Shown here piece after piece: positions 44,201 to 53,076 of a stretch of 64,000 bases of DNA (positions are counted from its first letter, which is position 1; each line of letters opens with the position of its first letter). The position numbers and the translations under genes are program-made. A model generated the notes under the pieces. That model was not told the origin of the DNA. It saw only the letters and a list, made by a program, of their open reading frames with translations, and made no database searches. The stretch comes from Bacteroidota bacterium. GTDB taxonomy: Bacteria > Bacteroidota > Bacteroidia > Palsa-965. The stretch covers positions 897 through 64,896 of the forward strand of contig JANOCU010000027.1 of the NCBI GenBank assembly GCA_031412295.1, given 5' to 3'.

Positions 44201-46819
44201 TCCGCCCCAGCCATCACCTTTCGGAATAAGAATTCCAACGTATGAATCGTAAGGTGAAAAATTAACAGTGAAACGATCGCTGCTGAATGCGCCGCCTTCT
44301 TCAAACACTCTTGTATTAAACGATGCGCGCAACATTCCCGGAGCATCCGTTGCATTCAGCTCCGGAGAAAATTCAGCACGGCCGGTTTCATCCAAACGCC
44401 CATCGAAAATGGTTTTGTTCTCTGTATTGAAATTGGTTGCGATATCATCGAAGAGATAACTTTCATATCCTTTGAATGTTGTTTTTGTTTGATACAAACT
44501 AACATCAACCTGTGTCTTCAGATTTTTTGCGATCGCACCATGCAACCAGCGCGATTCTATTTTTACTTTTTGATCAGGACCATTTGAAAGTGCAGTTGAT
44601 TTTCCAACATCTAAAAGTATTTTCAAACGGTTCGGCATTACGGTTTCTACTTTCAGATCTTTTGTGAATGTAGCACCGCCCACTTTCACCCTGCAAGACC
44701 ATGTTCCTGTCGGCGCATCCGGATCTGTAACCGTAGTGAAATTATAAAAGCCATTCAACGATTGCGATTTGATAACCCTGCTTACTAATTGTCCGCGGGC
44801 GTTTGTCAATTCGAATGTGACAGGATGTGTGGCTGGAAGAAGTCGTTGTTTATCTTCTAAAATAAAGTTCAGGAAAAGTGTATCACCCGGACGCCAAACG
44901 CCGCGTTCGCCATAGATAAATCCTTTTAATCCTCTTTGTACGCTTGCGCCGGAAACATCGAATGCGCTTACAGAAAGCGAAGACCCATCATCAAGCTTGA
45001 GGTAACCACGCTGATCTCCGTTTTTAGCAACCAATAAAAATGGTTTCTTTTTCGGTAAAGCAATTTTCGCAAAGCCATCAGTTCCTGTTTTTGTTGTTGC
45101 AAGCAGCTTGTGCTGGAAATCATAAACTAAAAGTTCAGCACCACTAACAGGAACAGTAGAAAGAAGATCATTGACAGCGAAAAGCATTCCACCATCATTC
45201 CCACGTTTTGCAAGCAATCCAAGATCGGACGCGATGATATTGCTGGTGACTGATTTTCCATAATAATATGAATTGTCACAAGGGTCAGTATTATTACCAT
45301 CACCATACCAGTAATAATCGCCATCATCATAATAATCGCCGCCGTAATAACCGTAGCTGCCCACATTGCCATAATCATCTTCAAGATCCTGTTCGACAGG
45401 TTCAGGTGCTGCTTGTGTTTCTTCTGTGTTTGTTGAATCCGAAACACAAGAATAAACAACATAATTTTTATTGAAGCTGATCGAAACCCTGTAAATAGCG
45501 CCAGGCTCTGTTTTGATCAGGTCGGCCATATCAAGCGAATAATTACACCAGCGTCCGTAATCGGATTTGCTTTTGATATTGAGATCGATCTTTTTCTTAA
45601 GCACCACTTTTCCGACGCGATATAATTCACTTCCACCACTCAGCGAATTAACCTGGAGGAATTGCGGAATATTATTTTCATAAATCCGAATGATCTTTAC
45701 ATCAACCGATTTTAATCCGACAGCTTCGAATGGGAATAATAATCCTTTGCCGCTGTTCGGAAGAATAACTCCTTTGCCGATAAGCTTAACCTGAGGCTTG
45801 AGCTCTTCGAAGGAAAGTGTTTGGGTAAATGTATTCGGCAAAGGAAAACCAACAAGATTTTTTATTCCCTGTGAAACAGTTATGGCGTATTTGCCTGTCA
45901 ATGTATTTCCCGGGTAAACTTTAATATCGTTATCCTCTACAGTAAATCGTAATCCGCCATCCACACCTTTTAATGTGATCAATCCATCCAGGTTTTGTTT
46001 TTCCGCGATCGGATCAGAAAACTCAACGATGATACATTGTTCCTGTCCCTGCATTACGCGGACATCCGTTACTTTAAAATCTTTCAGCGACGGAATAATT
46101 ATTTTTTCAGATTTCTTAATATCAACACCCAATTCTTCACCGTCCCACGCCAGCTCAATCGCACCTTCTTTATCACGGCGCGTAATGCTGTCTACGGTAA
46201 ACGTATGCGTTACATTATCTCCTTCATGTGTCCATTTAATTTTGAGGTTTTTCTTATCCTGTGTTACTGCAAGCAATTGCTCTACCAGCTTCGGATCAGC
46301 AGCATCGGCGGTTAATAATGTTCCGCGTAATTCCTGGCGACGCATTGTCTTTTTATCGGTCGTGCGCATCTTGTCAACTGAAACGGTTACACCCTGTTTC
46401 ATTGTGCGGAAACCGAATTTCATTACTGCTAATTCAGAAGTGAGATCCGGAATTAATTTTCCGAGCTGAAATTCTGCATTAAAAACCTGGTCTGAATTCA
46501 GGCGTTTAGCAGGCCTGAATTCCACCGTGCGGCTGTCGAGCCAGTATGTTTTTCCTTCAATAGCAGGATCAAAAGAAAAATAGGCTTCTTCGATTGGCTT
46601 ATCAAGGATGATCGGACCGGTATAATCAGCGGCAAGGCTGACACGGATATACGATTCATTTGAAATAGTTCCGGAAGTAAAGGCCGAAACATAGGCGCTG
46701 AATGCAGGATCTACTTTTGTAAGCTGAACGGCAGAATTGCTGCGGGTGGCAATAAAAGGAATTGCAATCATTGTAAGAACAACGATTGTTGCAAGGACCA
46801 GGATAACGCGTTTGGACAT
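41201..46819 (-). CDS. Alpha-2-macroglobulin family protein (1872 aa) with an intact thioester motif GCVEQ
   Basis: N-terminal signal/anchor, MG-domain-like beta-rich body, PHGCVEQTTS thioester (CxEQ), C-terminal receptor-binding-like region. Confidence 0.8.
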   Translation of the reverse strand: MSKRVILVLATIVVLTMIAIPFIATRSNSAVQLTKVDPAFSAYVSAFTSGTISNESYIRVSLAADYTGPIILDKPIEEAYFSFDPAIEGKTYWLDSRTVEFRPAKRLNSDQVFNAEFQLGKLIPDLTSELAVMKFGFRTMKQGVTVSVDKMRTTDKKTMRRQELRGTLLTADAADPKLVEQLLAVTQDKKNLKIKWTHEGDNVTHTFTVDSITRRDKEGAIELAWDGEELGVDIKKSEKIIIPSLKDFKVTDVRVMQGQEQCIIVEFSDPIAEKQNLDGLITLKGVDGGLRFTVEDNDIKVYPGNTLTGKYAITVSQGIKNLVGFPLPNTFTQTLSFEELKPQVKLIGKGVILPNSGKGLLFPFEAVGLKSVDVKIIRIYENNIPQFLQVNSLSGGSELYRVGKVVLKKKIDLNIKSKSDYGRWCNYSLDMADLIKTEPGAIYRVSISFNKNYVVYSCVSDSTNTEETQAAPEPVEQDLEDDYGNVGSYGYYGGDYYDDGDYYWYGDGNNTDPCDNSYYYGKSVTSNIIASDLGLLAKRGNDGGMLFAVNDLLSTVPVSGAELLVYDFQHKLLATTKTGTDGFAKIALPKKKPFLLVAKNGDQRGYLKLDDGSSLSVSAFDVSGASVQRGLKGFIYGERGVWRPGDTLFLNFILEDKQRLLPATHPVTFELTNARGQLVSRVIKSQSLNGFYNFTTVTDPDAPTGTWSCRVKVGGATFTKDLKVETVMPNRLKILLDVGKSTALSNGPDQKVKIESRWLHGAIAKNLKTQVDVSLYQTKTTFKGYESYLFDDIATNFNTENKTIFDGRLDETGRAEFSPELNATDAPGMLRASFNTRVFEEGGAFSSDRFTVNFSPYDSYVGILIPKGDGWGGMLQTGKDWGVRVASVDKNGKPVSRGKVNVKIYKVDWRWWWSDDYDNLARYVSSEYYSPYLEQTIETKNGFGKFNLNVANEDYGRYLIRVTDEESGHSTSTLAWMDWPYWEGTGANEMDIASLLQFTSDKTKYNVGESMTLTIPSPGHGRALISIENGSKVINAFWASTEQKGNITYTLPVTAEMAPNIYVNVTLIQPHAQTINDAPIRMYGVIPIEVEDPATHLNPQLLTAAVWKPEEMASVTVSEKDGKAMTYTLAVVDEGLLDLTRFKTPDPWNNFYSREALGVKTWDMYDMVIGAYGAEMERVLGIGGDGENGNNGGQKANRFKPMVKFMGPFELKPGEKQTQKFMMPQYVGSVRVMVITGMNTAYGSAEKTVPVRKPLMILATLPRVVGPGETVELPVDVFAMEKKVKNVTVTVTPNNLFSLEDGATKTTTFKDIGDNVVTFRLKVGDASGLGSVKVVAMGGGERAEYTIELDVRNPNTVHTDGYEVVLDPGKSWTSDYTPIGVNGTNAGTLEFSTVPPLNLGQRLKYLISYPHGCVEQTTSAVFSQLYLGDLMKVSEDKKKEMDRNIRAGINRLKNFQTSSGGLAYWPGESTPSEWGSNYAGHFLLEAETKGFALPAGLIENWKKFQKERALNWTARYDTYYYYNDDLMQAYRLYTLALAKAPELGAMNRLRELKTLSTAAKWRLAAAYQLAGQGETAKKIVAGLTTTVPAYVELSYSYGNNYRDEAMILETMSLMGNAMRVKAAPLAKQISETLNKSNWLSTQTTAYSLIALCQYSGADKTSGGIDCDYTVNKISGKINGKEPLSSVDMKITNTKPGKVTVKNNGTNTLFVRMVLEGVPAAGKEEDSESELGMTVQFLTMNGSVLDPAKIEQGTDFLATVTIYNPGVRGDYQEMALIQIFPSGWEIRNERMEEGPSQTANSSFDYQDIRDDRVYTYFDIPRKGSRTYTVQLNATYAGHFYLPAFYCEAMYDHTINARKAGKWVDVVKADANAL

Positions 46820-47256
46820 GTTTTTAGATTTGGTACCACGAAGCTATTGTATTACGGGAGACGGGAACACATGCTGTAGGATGTTTTTTAGCAAGTGTTG
46901 GATTTTGACCAACAATTGAAGATGGCGATCGGAGGTTTGACCGCAAAGATCCCGGGGCAGAAACATACCGGATAATTTCGACCATTCATTGATTTCAATC
47001 GTCAGAGGCTATAACCTTATCAATACAATTTACGTTTTATGGGATGGCCATCAAGAATTTAGTTTATCAGCCAGTTATCCATCATCGTAACCCGGATTAT
47101 GAAGCTGGTTTACCTTGCTGAAAATTTCACCGGTTTTAAAAATAACTGTAGAAAACAGATGTCTTGTAAGTCAAAAAATGGGAATGGTCGAAAAAGCCGC
47201 TCCTAACCCGTTAATTATTTAAATTTATCATCATAATAGCCCTGAATAAACCCTTA

Positions 47257-50200
47257 ATGAAGAAGTTAGCGGTATCCCAATTACTGTTGTTTCTTTGCTT
47301 GATCTTTTGCTTTTCATCTGCAAACGCCCAGAGCATAGCAAATTATGCGGTGACAAGGACTACTGCTGTTGCTTATTCTTCTATCTTTTCTACGGGCACT
47401 CCATGCAACAGCTGGAGAAATACAGGCGCTTTCATCAACGACGATAATCGCTCAAATCCTGTCGAGATCGGTTTTGATTTTTGGTATGACGGCGTTCGTT
47501 ATACGGAGCTGAGCATTTCTACAAATGGATTTATAGATTTTTCAACCAGCACTGCCAATGGAGGTCCGACAACAGGCCCTTACGGGTATTCCAATACACG
47601 ATTTTCCGGGATTGGCGGAACGGTTCTGAGTCTTGCGCCGATCTATGATGATATTACAACACAGGGCGCAAATAATCCGCTTGGAAACAGTATCCGTACC
47701 CTCCTTTCCGGTACAGCGCCCAATCGAAACCTTACAATTGAATGGTACAATATGGCGGTGTATCAAAATACAACTCCAGATTTAAATTTCCAGGTTAAGA
47801 TCTATGAAACAACCGGGCGGATTGAATACCGTTACGGAACAATGACGCCGGGGACCGCAAATTTTTCCTACACCTGCGGAATAAATGGTCCGGTAATCAG
47901 TTTTATTCCCCTGGTCGCAGAATTAAAATGCCAGCAGGCTGCTAATACTGCGACTTTCACCAATGGAGCTCTGAATAATTTAGGAGCATTACCTGCCACT
48001 AATTCGCAGCTGTCATTTACGCCTCCTGTTCCTGCAAATCCCCCGGGTGCATTGACATTTACCGGTGTTCAGACTTCGCAGATGACGTTGAATTTTGCGA
48101 ATTGGGCAACGAATGAAGTTGGTTATGTTGTGTATGTTTCTACTGATAATGTCAATTTTGAATTCATTACTCAAACCGCGGCAAACGCGACATCAGCAAC
48201 AATTACCGGTTTGTATGCGAATACAACTTATTACTGGCGTGTTCATGCAGTGACTGAAGGATGTTTGAGCAATCCGTTGAGCGGTACCCAAATAACTTTA
48301 CCGGGAACTACTTATATTTCGGTGGGCTCAGGTAATTGGGGAACTGCAGGAACATGGAACATCGGAGCCGTGCCGGGGCAATTTGATAATGTTGTTATTG
48401 CAAACGGGCACACGGTAACTGTAAACGTTAATGCATTATGCCATAACCTTACAATCAACCAGGGAGGCGCTGCTTCTGTATTGCAGGTAGGAAGTAATAA
48501 TACTGTAAGGTCAGTGACTATTTACGGCGCAACAACAGTGGGAGTAAACGGAACATTCCGCGCTAATACGGGCTCGAACACAACACACCAGGTAAATGTG
48601 TATGGAAATATTACAAATAACGGCATTGTAAACTTTTCGCCTGATCTGAACAGTTTTTGTAATGTTACTTTTTTGCATGACTTCTCTTTACAGCAACTGA
48701 ATGGTACAGGAACAACGAACCAGTATAATTTAATTACAGTTGATAAAGGAGAAAACAGCTCGCGCATTGTGGAAGTTACAACCTCCACATTTACTCCTGC
48801 AGCAGGTTTCCTGAATTTAGTCAATGGAACTTTTAAAATTTCTACTACCGGTGCAGTTATCGTTACACCGTATAATGCAACATCAACCATTCCTGCAACC
48901 AGCCAGCTTTGGCTAAACAGCGCCACTGCCACTGTAAATACAACAGGTGGCAATATCAACCTGACAGGCAAACTTTTGGTGACGACTGGCACAATGAATA
49001 TTGGAAATGCTGCTAATAATTCGCTCATTTCTGATGGCGGATTGTTTGTAATGAACGGAGGAACTGTAAATATTGCAGGCAGACTAGACCGACAGGATGC
49101 TGCAACGCTTACCAGATTTACAATTACCGCCGGAACAGTAGTGCTGAATACAATTGGTTCAACATCTACTACAAATGCGCCGTTTATGATGGATGTGACC
49201 GGTTCGCAGTTTACACAAACAGGCGGAACAATTATTATCCGCAGAAGTGGCGCAAATAATCTTGGTTTTTTATGTACAGGTGGAAATATTAATTCCATCT
49301 CCGGGGGATATTTACAAATCGGGGATGCACTGACGCCGGTTGGACAAACTATCCAGGTTAATACAGTTTCTCCTGTTGGTGGGTTTCGTGTATCGAGCGC
49401 AAATGCAACAGCTTCTCTTGTAACAAATCCACTTATCGTTTCTACAGATGTTCAGATACAGGCAGGGATTTTTCTTGTAAATAATCTGAATGTTACCGTC
49501 GGAAGAGACTGGAGCAATACAGGCGGTACATATACTTCCGGCACGAATACGACAACTTTCAATGGAACTGTTGCGCAGACGATCTCAAGAACCGCCGGAG
49601 CAGAAACTTTTAATCACCTTGTTTTTTCTAACGCCGGAATAAAAACATTTGGTTCGGCGATCAATTGCAGGAATCTTACCATTAACACCGGCGCAACATT
49701 AAGCGCGGGTGTAACTGGTTTTTTAATTTCCATGCGGGGCAATTGGGTAAATAACGGAACATTCGACTCCGGAAGCGCAGGGACCGTGTTGTGTAATGGA
49801 ACAACTGCACAAACTATCGGTGGATTGCTTGCGACAACTTTCAGAAACTTAACAATTCAAAACGCTACTGGAGTAAGTATTACACGTGGCGAACAAATCC
49901 GTGGTACGCTGACACTTACTACCGGGATGTTTACTACAACCGGATTTAATTTCACTTTGCTTTCTGATTCAAACGGAACTGCGCGCATCGGGCAAATTAC
50001 CGGTGGCGATATTACAGGCGATATCATCATGCAGCGTTATGTGTTTAATGGCCCGACGCAATGGCGACAATTAGGCGCGCCTGTTTCTGCTGTTACAATG
50101 CAAAGTTGGGATGATGACATAATCACTTCCGGATTTCCCGGATCAGATTATCCGAGCTTCAGCTTTTATTCAATTGCCCGGTACACAGAATCTGTTGCAG

Positions 50201-52071
50201 GTCCGAAAGAGATGGGATATGCTGCACCTTCAAACATTACCAATGCAATCAATCCGCGAATTGGTTATTTTGTTTACGTCGGACCATTGCCTGTTCCTGT
50301 TGATGTGAAAGGTCCGCCGTTAAAAAACAATCAAACATTTACATTGACAAGAACTGTTTCTGTCGGACCGAACCAGGATGGCTGGAACATGGTTTCAAAT
50401 CCATATCCGTCAACGATTGACTGGGATTCTCCTTCCTGGTTGCGTACAGGAACGGATAATGTTTTGCAAACCTGGAATCCTGCGCTTGCACAATATTCAT
50501 CTTATGTTGGTGGAGTAGGAGTGAATGGCGGAACAAGATATGTTGCTTCCTCGCAGGCATTTTGGATCCACGCGATTGCTGCGAATCCGACTTCATCAAT
50601 AGTTGAAGCAGTAAAATCAAATGTCGATGCAACGTTCATGCACAGCATACAGCAAAACAACGTAAGCAATTTATTAAGTCTTACACTCACCGGTTCAATG
50701 GGCGCTGATCAATCGATCGTACGTTTTGATCCTGCAGCCACGGATACTTTTGATGTGAATTTTGATGCGTATAAATTGGCGAGCATGGATACAACGATGC
50801 CGTATCTGTCAAGCACAATGGATTCAGTAACGGATCTTGCTATCAGCACACTTGCAACGCTGAGCTCAAATGTGGTAGTTCCATTGCATGTTACAGTTGG
50901 TGTAAGCGGAAATTATTTCTTCCGCCGCGATTCTATTTCCGATCTGCCTGCAAGCACTTGTGTTATGCTTGAGGATTTGCTGAACGGAACAATTACATCG
51001 CTGACACAGAATGCAATTTATAGCTGTTACATTTCTGATACTACATCAGCCATTCGTTTCCTGCTGCATTTTGGTCCGTCGCTTACAATTGGTGATGTGG
51101 CCGCGAGCTGCGGAAATTCATTGGACGGAAAAGCATTTGCAAAAGGAACCGGGAATGGTCCATGGGATTATACATGGAAAGATCTTTCAGGAAATGTAAT
51201 TGATGTGCACAATGCGATAAGCGGAACAGATACTGCATTTGGTCTTGCGCCGGGAAATTATATAGTTGAAGTAACAGGTAATGATGGCTATTGTTCGTTC
51301 CGCGCGGATACAGTTGAAGTGCATGGACCTGATCCCGTTCAGGCAGGTGCAACAATTATTCCGGCAACTTGTTCGTATACCAATGACGGAGAAATTTTCC
51401 TGAATATAATTACAGGAGGAAATTCGCCTTACGCGATCACATGGCCCGATGGCAGCAGCGCAGATAGTTTGCAGCAGCTTGTCCCGGGAAGTTATGCACT
51501 GATCATTGCTGATTCGAATGGTTGTATTGATACAGCGCATTTTTTAGTTGGAACATCTTCAACACTTACATCTGGGTTTACTGCAACCCCTGATACGGTG
51601 ATTTTAAATTCGCTGGTGAGCTTTTCAAATTATTCGAATGGCGCAATAAATTACAGCTGGGATTTTGGTGACGGTTCTCCAAACGATTTAAATCCTAACC
51701 CGATTTATTATTATACAATGCCGGGCGTAATGACGGTGACACTTATTGCTTCGGATAGCATTTGCAGTGATACCAGCGCACAAACGGTTTATGTTTTTAA
51801 TAATGTAGGTGTAATTGAAAGTGCATTGGAAGGAAATGTTTCTGTATCTGCAGCAGAAAATTTAATTGGCATTCAGTTTAATCTTCTTGCTGTCGAGCAC
51901 GCGGTTATGCAAGTTTACGACGCAAGCGGAAAGCTGATCGTTCAGCAGGAAGCATATGTAGGGCAGGAAAGAGTAGAGATCAATATGGAAGGAAAAGCAT
52001 CCGGAATGTATTCTGTCTACATCACGCTTCCTGGAAAAACATATTCCACGAAAGTAGTCGTGCTGCATTAA
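47257..52071 (+). CDS. 1604-aa secreted adhesin-like protein: signal peptide, FN3/Ig-like and beta-helix-like repeats, PKD domain, T9SS C-terminal sorting domain
   Basis: PKD motif NYSWDFGDGSP...YTMPGVMTVTL. C-terminal CTD (VYDASGKLIV...GMYSVYITLPGKTYSTKVVVLH). Confidence 0.75.
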   Translation: MKKLAVSQLLLFLCLIFCFSSANAQSIANYAVTRTTAVAYSSIFSTGTPCNSWRNTGAFINDDNRSNPVEIGFDFWYDGVRYTELSISTNGFIDFSTSTANGGPTTGPYGYSNTRFSGIGGTVLSLAPIYDDITTQGANNPLGNSIRTLLSGTAPNRNLTIEWYNMAVYQNTTPDLNFQVKIYETTGRIEYRYGTMTPGTANFSYTCGINGPVISFIPLVAELKCQQAANTATFTNGALNNLGALPATNSQLSFTPPVPANPPGALTFTGVQTSQMTLNFANWATNEVGYVVYVSTDNVNFEFITQTAANATSATITGLYANTTYYWRVHAVTEGCLSNPLSGTQITLPGTTYISVGSGNWGTAGTWNIGAVPGQFDNVVIANGHTVTVNVNALCHNLTINQGGAASVLQVGSNNTVRSVTIYGATTVGVNGTFRANTGSNTTHQVNVYGNITNNGIVNFSPDLNSFCNVTFLHDFSLQQLNGTGTTNQYNLITVDKGENSSRIVEVTTSTFTPAAGFLNLVNGTFKISTTGAVIVTPYNATSTIPATSQLWLNSATATVNTTGGNINLTGKLLVTTGTMNIGNAANNSLISDGGLFVMNGGTVNIAGRLDRQDAATLTRFTITAGTVVLNTIGSTSTTNAPFMMDVTGSQFTQTGGTIIIRRSGANNLGFLCTGGNINSISGGYLQIGDALTPVGQTIQVNTVSPVGGFRVSSANATASLVTNPLIVSTDVQIQAGIFLVNNLNVTVGRDWSNTGGTYTSGTNTTTFNGTVAQTISRTAGAETFNHLVFSNAGIKTFGSAINCRNLTINTGATLSAGVTGFLISMRGNWVNNGTFDSGSAGTVLCNGTTAQTIGGLLATTFRNLTIQNATGVSITRGEQIRGTLTLTTGMFTTTGFNFTLLSDSNGTARIGQITGGDITGDIIMQRYVFNGPTQWRQLGAPVSAVTMQSWDDDIITSGFPGSDYPSFSFYSIARYTESVAGPKEMGYAAPSNITNAINPRIGYFVYVGPLPVPVDVKGPPLKNNQTFTLTRTVSVGPNQDGWNMVSNPYPSTIDWDSPSWLRTGTDNVLQTWNPALAQYSSYVGGVGVNGGTRYVASSQAFWIHAIAANPTSSIVEAVKSNVDATFMHSIQQNNVSNLLSLTLTGSMGADQSIVRFDPAATDTFDVNFDAYKLASMDTTMPYLSSTMDSVTDLAISTLATLSSNVVVPLHVTVGVSGNYFFRRDSISDLPASTCVMLEDLLNGTITSLTQNAIYSCYISDTTSAIRFLLHFGPSLTIGDVAASCGNSLDGKAFAKGTGNGPWDYTWKDLSGNVIDVHNAISGTDTAFGLAPGNYIVEVTGNDGYCSFRADTVEVHGPDPVQAGATIIPATCSYTNDGEIFLNIITGGNSPYAITWPDGSSADSLQQLVPGSYALIIADSNGCIDTAHFLVGTSSTLTSGFTATPDTVILNSLVSFSNYSNGAINYSWDFGDGSPNDLNPNPIYYYTMPGVMTVTLIASDSICSDTSAQTVYVFNNVGVIESALEGNVSVSAAENLIGIQFNLLAVEHAVMQVYDASGKLIVQQEAYVGQERVEINMEGKASGMYSVYITLPGKTYSTKVVVLH

Positions 52072-52083
52072 TCATTATTATGC

Positions 52084-52163
52084 AATTACTGATTACAGGA
52101 TTACTGATTACAAATTACCGATTACTGTCTACTGGCAACAGTCTACTGACTACTGACTACAGG
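52084..52163. repeat. TTACTGATTACA x2, then TTACCGATTACTG, then (TACTGAC)3; the last array overlaps the racemase stop codon
   Basis: Direct reading. The 16-mer ACTGACTACTGACTAC is shared with 22213..22229. Confidence 0.6.
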
Positions 52164-52846
52164 CAACAAAATCTCACCGCAGCATCCGAATGAATTTTCG
52201 TAGTATCAAAAACCGGGATGGGAACATCACCTTGTTTGATGAGCAATGGAATTTCAGTGCAGCCTAAAATAACACCTTGTGCTCCCTTCAGAATGAGCTT
52301 ATTGATAATAGAAATGTATTTTGAATTTGATTCAGCAGAAATAATTCCCCGGCCCAGCTCTTCGAAAATAGTCCAGTGAATAAATTCACGATCAGCATCG
52401 CCCGGAATAATTGCTTCAATGTTTTTGGCCTTCAGTTTATCCGTGAAAAAAGTTTTTTCCATGGTGAACTTTGTTCCGAGCAGGGCAACTTTATTCAATC
52501 CTTGTTTTGAAATTACATCAGCTGTTTCAGCAGCGATATTAATAACGGGAAGCTTTACTTTTTCTTCAATGCGATCTGCCAACAAATGCATCGTATTTGC
52601 ACAAAGCACAATCGCTTCCGCACCGCCGGCTTTCATGTTTTCACAAGCTTCAGCCAATAGCCCAAATGTTGCATCCCAATTTCCTGCATCATTATTTCTT
52701 TTGATCTCACCGTAATTCATCGAGTGAATGATCAGCCGCGGGTATTCAAGTCCACCTGATTTTTCATATACACCTTCATTGATATAACGATAATAATCCT
52801 GTGTTGAATGCCAGCTGATGCCGCCAATGAGGCCTATGATTTTCAT
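52157..52846 (-). CDS. Aspartate/glutamate racemase family protein
   Basis: MKIIGLIGGISWHST... and paired Cys-containing motifs typical of the Asp/Glu/hydantoin racemase family. Confidence 0.8.
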   Translation of the reverse strand: MKIIGLIGGISWHSTQDYYRYINEGVYEKSGGLEYPRLIIHSMNYGEIKRNNDAGNWDATFGLLAEACENMKAGGAEAIVLCANTMHLLADRIEEKVKLPVINIAAETADVISKQGLNKVALLGTKFTMEKTFFTDKLKAKNIEAIIPGDADREFIHWTIFEELGRGIISAESNSKYISIINKLILKGAQGVILGCTEIPLLIKQGDVPIPVFDTTKIHSDAAVRFCCL

Positions 52847-52935
52847 AAGAGGTTTAGTGTTTCTACCGTTTTGAATTTTGTCGCGTCTCCCAATGTAGTT
52901 AAAATGTTTTTCAACTCAGATAAAATCTTATCAAA

Positions 52936-53076
52936 CTATTTTTTAAGCCATTTCTGATATTTCTTTCTGACATCCGCGTGCGGAGTCACTTTGCCATTTC
53001 TTGCATCATCTATTCCTTTGTCTACTGATTTTTTAACCTCATCAGGCAATTCATTATACCAACTGACTTTTTTCAT
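52936..53076 (-). CDS. Unlisted 46-aa ORF (MKKVSWYNELPDEVKKSVDKGIDDARNGKVTPHADVRKKYQKWLKK); its ATG overlaps the M1 peptidase stop (TAATG)
   Basis: The C-terminal G-K-V-x-x-H-x-x-V-R-K-K-Y pattern resembles short antitoxin-like 'addiction module component' proteins. No toxin partner follows. Confidence 0.35.
   Translation of the reverse strand: MKKVSWYNELPDEVKKSVDKGIDDARNGKVTPHADVRKKYQKWLKK

Noticed and set aside
45127-45474. Hydrophobic 111-aa ORF and His/Asn-rich 68-aa ORF
   Set aside because: Both fall inside the alpha-2-macroglobulin coding region, on the same strand out of frame and on the opposite strand. They reflect the Tyr/Gly/Asp repeat-coding DNA there.
48522-49298. 258-aa minus-strand ORF
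   Set aside because: It is antisense within the 47257..52071 giant gene. Its V/P/A/T-rich low-complexity composition mirrors the Thr/Gly/Asn codons of the sense strand.
6076-52163. Heptamer/octamer tandem arrays as a CRISPR array
   Set aside because: Units are 7-8 bp with no unique spacers. Arrays are 2-4 units long and scattered at gene junctions. No cas genes are present.
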